64,000 bases of DNA from Phyllobates terribilis. Its lineage: Eukaryota. The stretch is taken from the NCBI RefSeq assembly GCF_046119375.1, contig NW_027362761.1, positions 1,154,688,001 to 1,154,752,000 on the forward strand. The letters are read 5' to 3'. Shown one piece after another: positions 11,387 to 23,192 of the stretch. The position numbers were made by a program, and so were the translations under genes. Each line of letters opens with the position of its first letter. Position 1 is the first letter of the stretch. The notes under the pieces were generated by a model. That model ran no database searches, had not been told where the DNA came from, and saw only the letters and a list, made by a program, of their open reading frames with translations.

Positions 11387-14300
11387 TTACTCTCCCCAGG
11401 ATGACACAGGGGTAGAAAAGTCGTTTCGGATCCATGATTTGTTCATCTTTATGAACGTGAGTCTGTCTACATTATCAGTGGAGAGCCGCGTGCGCTTATC
11501 TGTCAGCACACCACCAGCAGCGCTGAACACACGTTCAGACAGAACGCTGGCTGCGGGGCATGACAAGGTCTCCAAGGCGTAAGTGGCTAGCTCCGGCAAT
11601 TTATTCAGATTGGAAGCCCAAAAAGAGCAAGGGTCCAGTGACACAGTCATGGCTTCAATGTTTACTTGGAGATACTCCTGTACCATCGTCTCTAGGCGTT
11701 GACTATGTGTCAGACTTCTTGTCTCCTGTGGCCTTGCAAAGGATGGGCTAAGAAAGTGGTGAAATGATTCCGCAAAATTGATGTTACCAGCAGATACTGT
11801 GGTTCTGTTACGGTTTGAGTGCTGAACACTTGACGGTCCCACGGTTGGCAAGTTGGAACTGTGAGATTCACTACGTGCACCACTGGTATTTTGTGGAAAA
11901 GCACATGTAAGATTCTGCAACAGTCTCTGCTGATACTCCTGCATGCGTGCATCCCTTTCTATGGCAGGAATAATTTCTGCAAATTTACTTTTGTACCGGG
12001 GATCTAACAGTGTGGCAACCCAGTAGTCAGGATTATTTCTAATTCTCACAATTCGAGGGTCATGTTGCAGGTAGTGCAGCAGGAAGGCACTCATGTGTGT
12101 TGCGCATCCAGGAGCACCAAGTCCCTGTTGTGTTGGTGGCGAGGTAACAATCATGCTTCCTTCCTCTGTCCTCTCCCCCCAACCTCGCACAACAGAAATG
12201 TGATCAAGGTCTCCCTCATCTGATGAGTCTTCCATCAGTTCGTCCTCCACTTCTTCCTGGGCTCCTGCACCTTCCTCACTAGTTTGGCTGCTACCATGCG
12301 CCCTGGTAAAACCATCTCCCCCACCCTCACATGCCTGCCGCCTTGGTGCTGCCGACCGTCTGGACCTTGCAGATGTTAGCCCTTCCGCATACAACTCCTC
12401 CTCCTCTACTTCCTCCACCTCCTCTTGTGCCACCACCTGACTCCGAATTCTGTTTAACATGTGCTCCAGCATGTAAATCACCGGAATAGTCATGCTGATA
12501 ATGGCATCGTCAGCACTAAACATCTTCGTCGCCATTTCAAAACTGTGCAGAAGGGTGCATAGGTCCCTGATCTGAGACCACTCCTCCAGCGTGATTTGCC
12601 CCACCTCTGGATCTCGTTGGCCCAGGCTATACGTCAGAACGTATTGCACCAGGGCTTGTCGGTGCTGCCACAGTCGCTGCAACATGTGCAGAGTTGAATT
12701 CCACCGGGTAGGTACATCGCATTTTAGCCGGTGAAGTGGCAGGCCCAACGACTTCTGTAGAGATGTAAGTCGCTGAGCTGCGGTATGCGAACGGCGAAAG
12801 TGAGCACACAGCGACCGTGCCCTCTGCAGAAGGCCATCTAGTCTGGGATAGTGGGCTAAAAATTGCTGGACAACCAGGTTCAACACGTGAGCCATACAAG
12901 GCACGTGTGTGACATTGCCCCGGCGAAGGGCCGCACCCAGGTTTGCAGCATTGTCGCACACGGCCTTCCCTGGTTTCAGGTCCAGTGGAGACAACCATTC
13001 ATGAAATTGGTTCTCCAGAGCTGACCACAACTCCTCAGCTGTGTGACTCACATTTCCCAGACATTTCAATGTAAAAACCGCCTGATGACGTTGAGCCCTA
13101 CTGCCAGCATAGTAAGGAGGTGTGCAGGATCACTTCTGCGCAGTTAGAAAGCTTGTGGCATGACCAGACAGGCTTTCGGTGCAGGTGGAAGACCGAGAGG
13201 AGGTTGAGGAGGCAGAAGCAGTGGAGGAACTTTGACATAAAGAGGATTGACGCACAACTCGTGGGGACGGCAAGACTTGGACAGCAGCCCCTTGTCCTGC
13301 TGTCACCATAGTTACCCAGTGCCCAGTCAGCGACATGTAACGCCCCTGTCCATGCCTACTCGTCCAAGTGTCTGTGGTGAAATGCACCCTGTCACACACA
13401 GAGTTTCTCAAAGAAGCGGTGATGTTGTGTGCGACATGCTGGTGGAGCGCAGGCACACCTTTCTTTGAGAAGTAGTGCCGACTGGGCATCTGGTACTGGG
13501 GCACTGCGACGGACATAAGGTCTCGAAAATCCTCTGTGTCCACCAGGCGGAAAGGCAGCATTTCTGTAGCCAAGAGCTTGCAGATGGTGAAATTCAACCT
13601 CTTAGCTTTCTCATGGCTAGGAGGAAATGGTCTTTTACTTGTCCACATCTGAGGGACCGAGGGCTGGCTATTGTGCTTAGACGGGGTTGATAAGGGTGTC
13701 CCCGGCAAACTGCCGGTCTGTAAGGAAGATGCAGGCGGACATGTTAGGTTGCCTTGATCCAAAGGTGGTGCTATCGATGTCGGACAGCGCTCAACACCAG
13801 CTGGTGTTACCACCTCCAAAGAAAATGATGACCTGCCAATCACGCTGGCTGTTGCGGGTAAAGAGGTGGCAGGTCTGCGCCCCAAAACAGGTGTCAATGC
13901 TGTCCCCCCAGTCACAGAGGATGAAGAGGCCGCGGATGCACAAGATATGGCAGACGGTGGTTGGCCCGGCCGGCTAGGCCGCATTGTAGCACACTGAGCT
14001 TCCCACTGCAACTTATGCTTCATGTCCATGTGCCGGTTCATGCATGAAGTACTCAAACTATGTATTTTTTGGCCTCTACTTAGCTTTTGCTGACAAATGT
14101 TACAGATAACACGAGTTGGGTCATCTTTATCGATCTGAAAAAATGCCCAGGCTATGCAAGGCTTAGCACCCATGCGACCTGAAGAGCCACCACGACTTGT
14201 GGTGAGAGGCAGAGTTGTGTTTGAAGATGCAGTTGATGACGTGCTTCCAGTACTACGTCTCTGTCCAGGAAGGCGCAAATTGACCTCGTCGTCACTAGCA

Positions 14301-15088
14301 TCTTCCTCCACCTCCTCTGCTGACCTCATCTCTTGGCTGACTGTGGGTTGACAGTAAGTGGGATCTCCAACCTCATCATCATCACCCTGTGCGTTATCAC
14401 ACCCGTCGTCCTCAGAGCCAACCTGTTCCTGCCCTGACAAAAAACTAAAGTTGTCGCTCCAATCAGGTATTTGAGTCTTATCATCGTCTTCCTCATTGTC
14501 TCCACCAACAGGAGTTACAGTTTGGGAATGAGGGTCTACATTATGGTCAGAACCTTCTGCGTCTGGTCCTGGATCCGACTCATAAAGATTCTGGGCATCA
14601 GTGCAGATCATTTCCTCGCCTGGATTCACAGAAGCGCTGGAGTCGACCTCTGATTCCCAGGCTATAGTATGAGTAAACAGCTCTGCAGACTCAACCATCT
14701 GTTCTGCCTCATACTCAGACGGGCAGCTGGAGATTTGGGAGCTGTGAGGAAGCAAGTGCGATTGGGGTGACACCTTTGAGGACTGGAGTATTTGTGATGT
14801 TGAAGTTGATGTGGAGGAGAGCCCACTTAAAGGAGCACTTGATATCCGTTGAAGCACCTGCTGTTTTTGTGCCTCATCTGGAATTTGTAGCGATTGGCGT
14901 GGCCGTAAGAAAGGGATCTTATCACATTGTCCGCTAAAAGAAGTAGACATTTTAGTTTGGCTGGAAGATGGTCTTTCTTCTGCAGATGTTACTGTTGCTT
15001 TAACACCTACCCCACGGACACAACCTTTTTTCCCCTTCCCAACACGCCTATTCCCCTTTCCACCAGCAGCAGGCCTTTTTCCACTCAT
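11387..15088 (-). pseudogene. hAT-B transposase, 1233 codons with one in-frame TGA (13130-13132)
   Basis: ORFs 13130-15088 and 11387-13069 share a frame, and reading through the TGA gives K*SCTPPYYAGSRAQRHQAVFTLKCLG. Motifs are intact: BED finger (AWAFF..CNIC..MNRHMDMKH), TTDTWT, VCDNAAN, CMAH, PTRWNST, CPAASVLSERVFS and the C-terminal dimerisation domain. Confidence 0.93.
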
Positions 15089-15204
15089 TTTGGTGGTTAA
15101 CTAATTAACAACTCTGGAGTTGTTTGCACCAAAAAACAATGGATGGGAACCGAGCAGAGCTGAGTGGCCAAACTGTGGTATTAGGCCAAAACTATTGGCT
15201 GGGT

Positions 15205-16565
15205 TAGATGCAGAAAAAAATTATATTCAATTTGCAACCTGATGGAGGTCAGTATAGATGGACTAATAGAGAAAGTCCCACACACTGCTAGAAGGCCAAA
15301 TATTTTTTCAGAGCTAGATGCAGAAAAAAATATATTCAGTTTGCAACCTGATGGAGGTCTGTATAGATGGATTAATAGAACAAGTCCCACACACAGCTAG
15401 AAGCCCAATATTTTTTCAGAGGTAGATGCAGAAAAAAATATATTCAGCTTGCAACCTGATGGAGGTCAGTATAGATGGACTAATACAACAAGTCCCACAC
15501 ACAGCTAGAAGCCCAATATTTTTTCAGAGGTAGATGCAGAAAAAAATATATTCAGTTTGCAACCTGATGGAGGTCTGTATAGATGGATTAATAGAACAAG
15601 TCCCACACACAGCTAGAAGCCCAATATTTTTTCAGAGGTAGATGCAGAAAAAAATATATTCAGTTTGCAACCTGATGGAGGTCAGTATAGATGGACTAAT
15701 ACAACAAGTCCCACACACAGCTAGAAGCCCAATATTTTTTCAGAGGTAGATGCAGAAAAAAATATATTCAGTTTGCAACCTGATGGAGGTCTGTATAGAT
15801 GGATTAATAGAACAAGTCCCACACACAGCTAGAAGCCCAATATTTTTTCAGAGGTAGATGCAGAAAAAAATATATTCAGTTTGCAACCTGATGGAGGTCA
15901 GTATAGATGGACTAATACAACAAGTCCCACACACAGCTAGAAGCCCAATATTTTTTCAGAGGTAGATGCAGAAAAAAATATATTCAGTTTGCAACCTGAT
16001 GGAGGTCTGTATAGATGGATTAATAGAACAAGTCCCACACACAGCTAGAAGCCCAATATTTTTTCAGAGGTAGATGCAGAAAAAAATATATTCAGTTTGC
16101 AACCTGATGGAGGTCTGTATAGATGGATTAATAGAACAAGTCCCACACACAGCTAGAAGCCCAATATTTTTTCAGAGGTAGATGCAGAAAAAAATATATT
16201 CAGTTTGCAACCTGATGGAGGTCTGTATAGATGGATTAATAGAACAAGTCCCACACACAGCTAGAAGCCCAATATTTTTTCAGAGGTAGATGCAGAAAAA
16301 AATATATTCAGTTTGCAACCTGATGGAGGTCTGTATAGATGGATTAATAGAACAAGTCCCACACACAGCTAGAAGCCCAATATTTTTTCAGAGGTAGATG
16401 AAGAAAAAAATATATGCAGTTTGCAACCTGATGGAGGTCAGTATAGATGGACTAATACAACAAGTCCCACACACAGCTAGAAGCCCAATATTTTTTCAGA
16501 GCTAGATGCAGAAAAAAATTATATTCAATTTGCAACCTGATGGAGGTCAGTATAGATGGACTAAT
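15205..16565. repeat. 108-bp satellite array, ~13 units, upstream of the hAT-B transposase
   Basis: caagtcccac recurs at 15381, 15489, etc. (108-bp period). Two sequence variants are visible. Confidence 0.93.
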
Positions 16566-17493
16566 AGAATGATGCTATGCCCAAAAGATTTTACTTCACT
16601 AGGTGCAGTAAAAAAATTGGTATTCTATACACAGGTGGTATATCTTGCAACACAGATAGGCTACTCCACTGACTAACACACTCTGCAATAGGCCAAAAAG
16701 GATTAGCTTTGCTAGATTCAGCCAAATGCTGTGAAAAAAACTTGCACAGCACTGGCACAGACCTGCCTGGCAAAAACTGATAGGAACTGATGTAACCTAG
16801 TCCTGAAAAGTACTCCAATTACAATTAGTCTTTACTCCCACAATCTATCTATTTAAGAGCACAGACCTGCCTGATAAAAGTCGTAGGAAATGCTGTAACC
16901 TAGTCCTTAAAAGGACTGCAATCACAACTATTCCCTACTCCCAAGCTATCTGTAGATTTGTGCGAAAATTGGCTTGAAATTACCAAGGTATAGCGCACAC
17001 AGCAACAGCGGTGGCGTCTAACACGCAGCTGCAGCAGTGAGAAAATGGTGGCGACGGGGAAAATGGCTTGGTCTTATAGGGCAAGGACATGTGACATACA
17101 CTGCCAATGACACATGCCCTTGCTTGTGTGAAAAAAAGCACTTCGCTCCGTGTGTGCGCTGCTGATAGGCTGACAGATTGCACCTCCCCACTGTAAATGC
17201 GGGAAAGAGGAAAAAAAATGGAGATCTTCATTGTTCCTGCAGAGATCCATCCCCTGCCCCTCCCCCCACCCCGCTGTACACTCAAACTGCGTATTAACAT
17301 TAATTTTCATCATTACTGAGAAAAAATCCAGTTATGATTTTGGTGCACGAACAGTTATCGAACATAACCTCGAACAGCCGAATTTTTCTCAAATTGTTCG
17401 TGTTCGCCGAACGGCTCGAACACCGCCCAAAACAGCTCGAATTTGAGATTGGCGAACAGTTCGAGTAGAACAACGCTCTTCTCTAGTGGAGGA

Positions 17494-18448
17494 TGAGGAG
17501 TCACAAATGCCATCTGCTTCTCTACAGTCTGCGCAACGTGGTTCCTCACAAAGGCCTAGGCAGGGGACACTTTGTGAGGAGGATGAGGAGGAGTCAATGG
17601 ATGAGGAAGACATCTGTCCAGAGGAGGGAGGTACACAATGCTCTAGTAGTCAGTATCTAGAGCGACGGTGGGGTGATGCAGAGCAGGCAGAGATCACGCC
17701 TCAAGCAGGGTACAGCGTTTCTTGGCCAGTTGGCAGTCTGCAGCACATGGTTGATTTCATGCTGCAGTGCCTGAGAAACGACCGCCGCATCGCCCACATT
17801 CTCAACACGGCTGATTATTGGGTGTCCACCCTCCTAGATCCTCGCTACCGGGACAACTTACAAAGCCTCATAACACCGTTGAACCGGGAGCGTAAAATGC
17901 GGGAGTACCAAGACGCACTGGTGCATTCCATCATGTTCTCCATTCCAACCGAGAGCAGTGCTGCTAGTGCTTTACAAAGCAGCTCAGTGCGTCGAGGCAG
18001 TGGAGGAAGCTCTGCACAAAGAGGGAGCAGAAGCAGCGCCTCAGCACAAGGCAAGACCAGTATGGCCGAAATGTGGCAAAGTTTTGTGTCCCCGCCGCCA
18101 CAAATGTCTACACCATCACAGACGGCTCCAGTCAGCAGGAGGCAACGTTTCCGTCAGATGGTGACAGACTACATGTCTTGCCCTCTTAGTGTACTCCCAG
18201 ACGGCTCTTCTCCCTTCAAGTTTTGGGTCTGTAAGCTAGATACATGGCCAGAGCTAAGTCAGTATGCATTGGAGGTGCTAGCTTACCCTGCTGCTAGTGT
18301 ATTATCGGAAAGCGTCTTTAGTGCCGCAGGTGGTGTACTAACAGACCGTCGCATGCGACTATCCTCCGATAACATTGGCCGGCTTACTTTTCTCAAAATG
18401 AACAAGGCCTGGATCTCTCATGAATTTGCCAGTCCTCTTCCAGAATAA
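17494..18448 (+). pseudogene. hAT-A transposase, C-terminal part (dimerisation domain)
   Basis: YWVSTLLDPRY, WPELSQYALEVLAYPAASVLSESVFSAAGGVLTDRRMRLSSDNIGRLTFLKMN. In frame with 5943-6823 once hAT-B1 and one TSD copy are removed. Confidence 0.9.
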
Positions 18449-18499
18449 ATAATGGTTGGCAAAAGTATCCAGGTCTCCTGTTCTGTTCATGTTTCTACC

Positions 18500-20740
18500 A
18501 CCTGAACTGTAATCCCTGAGCTCCAACACCGCCAGTTGGCGCTCGGAAGTGCCGTCTGCACAGTCAACACTTGCTGCCGTGTCATTGGGATTCAGTAACG
18601 TCAGCTGTTCCCCGGCTGTGCGGACGGCAATTTCTCCTGCTCTGTCCACATTCTCACTACTACAGATTTTAAAGTTGCTCCAATTACACCTCTGGCTCCT
18701 CTGCTTTCAGTATTATCCCTGAGCTCCAACACCACCAGTTGGCGCTCGGAAGTGCCGTCTGCACAGTCAACACTTGCTGCCGTGTTATTGGGGTTCAGTA
18801 ACATCAGCTGTTCCCCTGCTGTGCGGACGGCAATTTCTCCTGCTCTGTCCACATCCACTGTACTACTGATTTAAAACCTCCTCCAAATACACTTCTGGCT
18901 CCTCTGTTTTCAGTATTATCCCTGAGCTCCAACACCGCCAGTTGGCGCTCGGAAGTGCCGTCTGCACAGTCAACACTTGCTGCCTTGTCATTGGGGTTCA
19001 GTAACGTCAGCTGTTCCCCTGCTGTGCGGACGGCAATTTCTCCTGCTCTGTCCACATTCTCACTACTACAGATTTTAAAGTTGCTCCAATTACACCTCTG
19101 GCGCCTCTGTTTTCAGTATTATCCCTGAGCTCCAACACCGCCAGTTGGCGCTCGGAAGTGCCGTCTGCACAGTCAACACTTGCTGCCATGTTATTGGGGT
19201 TCAGTAACGTCAGCTGTTCCCCTGCTGTGCGGACGGCAATTTCTCCTGCTCTGTCCACATCCACTGTACTACTGATTTAAAACCTCCTCCAAATACACCT
19301 CTGGCTCCTCTGTTTTCAGTATTATCCCTGAGCTCCAACATCGCCAGTTGGCGCTCGGAAGTGCCGTCTGCACAGTCAACACTTGCTGCCATGTTATTGG
19401 GGTTCAGTAACGTCAGCTGTTCCCCTGCTGTGCGGACGGCAATTTCTCCTGCTCTGTCCACATTCTCACTACTACAGATTTTAAAGTTGCTCCAATTACA
19501 CCTCTGGCTCCTCTGTTTTCAGTATTATCCCTGAGCTCCAACACCGCCAGTTGGCGCTCGGAAGTGCCGTCTGCACAGTCAACACTTGCTGCCGTGTCAT
19601 TGGGGTTCAGTAACATCAGCTGTTCCCCTGCTGTGCGGACGGCAATTTCTCCTGCTCTGTCCACATTCTCACTACTACAGATTTTAAAGTTGCTCAAATT
19701 ACACCTCTGGCTCCTCTGTTTTCAGTATTATCCCTGAGCTCCAACACCACCAGTTGGCGCTCGGAAGTGCCGTCTGCACAGTCAACACTTGCTGCCGTGT
19801 TATTGGGGTTCAGTAACATCAGCTGTTCCCCTGCTGTGCGGACGGTAATTTCTCCTGTTCTGTCCACATCCACTGTACTACTGATTTAAAACCTCCTCCA
19901 AATACACTTCTGGCTCCTCTGTTTTCAGTATTATCCCTGAGCTCCAACACCGCCAGTTGGCGATCGGAAGTGCCGTCTGCACAGTCAACACTTGCTGCCA
20001 TGTCATTGGGGTTCAGTAACGTCAGCTGTTCCCCTGCTGTGCGGACGGCAATTTCTCCTGCTCTGTCCACATTCTCACTACTACAGATTTTAAAGTTGCT
20101 CCAATTACACCTCTGGCTCCTCTGTTTTCAGTATTATCCCTGAGCTCCAACACCGCCAGTTGGCGCTCGGAAGTGCCGTCTGCACAGTCAACACTTGCTG
20201 CCGTGTCATTGGGGTTCAGTAACGTCAGCTGTTCCCCTGCTGTGCGGACAGCAATTTCTCCTGCACTGTCCACATTCTCACTACTACAGATTTTAAAGTT
20301 GCTCCAATTACACCTCTGGCTCCTCTGTTTTCAGCATTATCCCTGAGCTCCAACACTGCCAGTTGGCGCTCGGAAGTGCCGTCTGCACAGTAAACACTTG
20401 CTGCCGTGTCATTGGGGTTCAGTAACGTCAGCTGTTCCCCTGCTGTGCGGACGGCAATTTCTCCTGCTCTGTCCACATTCTCACTACTACAGATTTTAAA
20501 GTTGCTCCAATTACACCTCTGGCTCCTCTGTTTTTAGTATTATCCCTGAGCTCCAACACCGACAGTTGGCGCTCGGAAGTGCCGTCTGCACAGTCAACAC
20601 TTGCTCCAGTGTTATTGGGGTTCAGTAACGTCAGCTGTTCCCCTGCTGTGTGTCCGGCAAATTCTCCGGCTTTGTCCACATCCACTGTACTACTGATTTA
20701 AAACTTGCTCCAATTACACCTCTGGCTCCACTCTGTTTTT
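18500..20740. repeat. 203-bp satellite array, ~11 units, directly downstream of the hAT-A transposase
   Basis: Repeated ORFs at 18601/18804/19007/19210/19413 (203-bp period). Confidence 0.95.
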
Positions 20741-22724
20741 AGTATTTACCCTGGGTTCCAGCACCGCCAGCTGGCTCTCGGTAGTTCCATTTGCTCTTGT
20801 ACCTTCTACTACCCATCCGGGTTCCAGTACCGTCAGCTGGTTCTCGGCAGTGCCTTTGGATTAGGTGCCTCCATCTCGGTATCCAAGTTCCACCAACGTC
20901 TGCTGGTTCTTGGTAGTGCTTTCTGGCACAGGTACCTCCTGCTTAGTAACCGAGTTCCAGTACCGTCAGCTGGTCTTCGGCAGTTCCATTGGCTCTTGTT
21001 CCTTCTGCTACCCATCCGGGTTCCAGTACCGTCAGCTGGTCCTCGGTAGTTCAATTTGCTCTTGTACCTTCTACTACCCATCCGGGTTCCAGTACCTTCA
21101 GCTGATTCTCGGCAGTGACTTTGGCACGGGTACTCCCTCCTGCCCAGCCTGGTTCCAGCACGCCAGCTGTTTCCGGGTAGTGTCAACGTCACTTTGCCTC
21201 CAATGCGTTGTCCTGTCGTGTTGCGGTCGGGTTAGCCGACTCTATGGTGCCTGCAGTTTAGGTGACTCCTATGTGGGCTGTGGGATCTGGCAATGAAGGC
21301 TGGTTCCATAGTGCCAATAGGACAAGCACCCCCTGTAGGACTGTGGGTTTTGGTAGCTGCGGCCGGCTCGCGGCCTTGAACTTTTTTTTACATGGGTACC
21401 TTCTGCTTCCCATCCGGGTTCCAGTACCATCTGCTGGTTCTCGGCAGTGCCTTTGGATTAGGTGCTTCCTTCTCGGTATCCAAGTTCCACCAACGTCTGC
21501 TGGTCCTTGGTAGTTCTTTCTGGCACAGGTACCTCCTGCTTAGTAACCGAGTTCCAGTACCATCAGCTGGTCTTCGGCAGTTCCATTGGCTCTTGTACCT
21601 TCTACTACCCATCCGGGATCCAGTACCGTCAGCTGGTTCTCGGCAGTGTCTTTGGCACGGGTACTCCCTCCTGCCCAGCCTGGTTCCAGCACGCCAGCTG
21701 TTTCCGGGTAGTGTCAACGTCACTTTGCCTCCAATGCATTGTCCTGTCGTGTTGCGGTCGGGTTAGCTGACTCTATGGTGCCTGCAGTTTAGGTGACTCC
21801 TATGTGGGCTGCGGGATCAGGCAATGAAGGCTGGTTCCATAGTGCCAATAGGACAAGCACCCCCTGTAGGACTGTGGGTTTTGGTAACTGCGGCCGGCTC
21901 GCGGCCTTGAACTTTTTTTTACATGGGTACCTTCTGCTACCCATCCAGGTTCCAGTACCGTCAGCTGGTTCTCGGCAGTGCCTTTGGATTAGGTGCCTCC
22001 TTCTCGGTATCCAAGTTCCACCAACGTCTGCTGGTCCTTGGTAGTGCTTTCTGGCACAGGTACCTCCTGCTTAGTAACCGAGTTCCAGTACCGTCAGCTG
22101 GTCTTCGGCAGTTCCATTGGCTCTTGTACCTTCTGCTACCCATCCGGGTTCCAGTACCGTCAGCTGGTTCTCGGTAGTTCCATTTGCTCTTGTACCTTCT
22201 ACTACCCATCCGGGTTCCAGTACTGTCAGCTGGTTCTCGGCAGTGACTTTGGCATGGGTACTCCCTCCTGCCCAGCCTGGTTCCAGCACGCCAGCTGTTT
22301 CCGGGTAGTGTCAACGTCACTTTGCCTCCAATGCGTTGTCCTGTCGTGTTGCGGTCGGGTTAGCCGACTCTATGGTGCCTGCAGTTTAGGTGACTCCTAT
22401 GTGGGCTGTGGGATCTGGCAATGAAGGCTGGTTCCATAGTGCCAATAGGACAAGCACCCCCTGTAGGACTGTGGGTTTTGGTAGCTGCGGCCGGCTCGCG
22501 GCCTTGAACTTTTTTTTACATGGGTACCTTCTGCTACCCATCCGGGTTCCAGTACCATCAGCTGGTTCTCGGCAGTGCCTTTGGATTAGGTGCCTCCTTC
22601 TCGGTATCCAAGTTCCACCAACGTCTGCTGGTCCTTGGTAGTGCTTTCTGGCACAGGTACCTCCTGCTTAGTAACCGAGTTCCAGTACCGTCAGCTGGTC
22701 TTCGGCAGTTCCATTGGCTCTTGT

Positions 22725-23144
22725 TGTTAGAACCTTGCTCTTAGGTTTTTTCCTTTGCTGGTCACATGACCTTGTTGGCCTATTTAATCCTGCTCCGCCC
22801 TTCTGGCTTTGCTGGACTTCATTGTATAACTACTTTCTAGCTAGCCTGTGCTCTGTATCTAACTCTGTTAGTTTGCTTGGTCTACGGACCTCAGTGTTCT
22901 ATATATTTTGTTTGTTTGTCTGTCTGCTACTATTTCTGTTAGGAGGTGTCCCATTTTCCTCCCAGTCCTTAGTACTTGTAGGGATTCCTTCCCCACATCT
23001 ATAGGTCTCCGTACAGACTAGCTTAGGACTTTAGCAGGTCTGATCGCAGGATCAGGTCCCCTGTTACATCGTAGGGATAAAGCGGAGTTCTATCGTAGGG
23101 ACAAATCTCCTCTCTTTCCTTAGCTCTGGTAGCAGAACATAACA
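22725..23144 (+). repeat. 5' LTR
   Basis: Direct repeat of 27273-27692 with about 5 substitutions seen by eye. TATTTAA at 22781. Confidence 0.95.
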
Positions 23145-23177
23145 GTAAGTCCAGCCTGCAAATTCTCTAAGGAAAGA
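23145..23177 (+). promoter_or_regulatory. Self-priming-type primer binding site and U5-leader stem
   Basis: No TGG tRNA-type PBS. AAGTCCAGC (23147-23155) is complementary to GCTGGACTT (22811-22819), 30 nt downstream of the TATA. TCTTTCCTTAG (23113-23123) pairs with CTAAGGAAAGA (23167-23177). Confidence 0.7.
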
Positions 23178-23192
23178 TTTTTCTGTTCCATC

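Larger units (their letters stand above)
6824..17485 (-). mobile_element. hAT-B1: 10,662-bp hAT element nested in the hAT-A transposase, antisense
   Basis: Ends TAGTGTTGAGC... and ...GCTCTTCTCTA (imperfect TIR). 8-bp TSD GTGGAGGA at 6816-6823 and 17486-17493. CGAAC/GTTCG subterminal motifs at both ends. Removing it rejoins the hAT-A ORF in frame (...EEVE-DEESQM...). Confidence 0.92.

Noticed and set aside
18359-22744. Repeated ORFs (MDRAGEIAVR..., MTLTLPGNSW..., etc.)
   Set aside because: By-products of the 203-bp and 531/597-bp satellites, often using non-ATG starts and open in several frames.
23145-23150. GTAAGT splice-donor consensus directly after the 5' LTR
   Set aside because: It overlaps the self-priming site, which explains the sequence, and the single-ORF element has no evident need for splicing.
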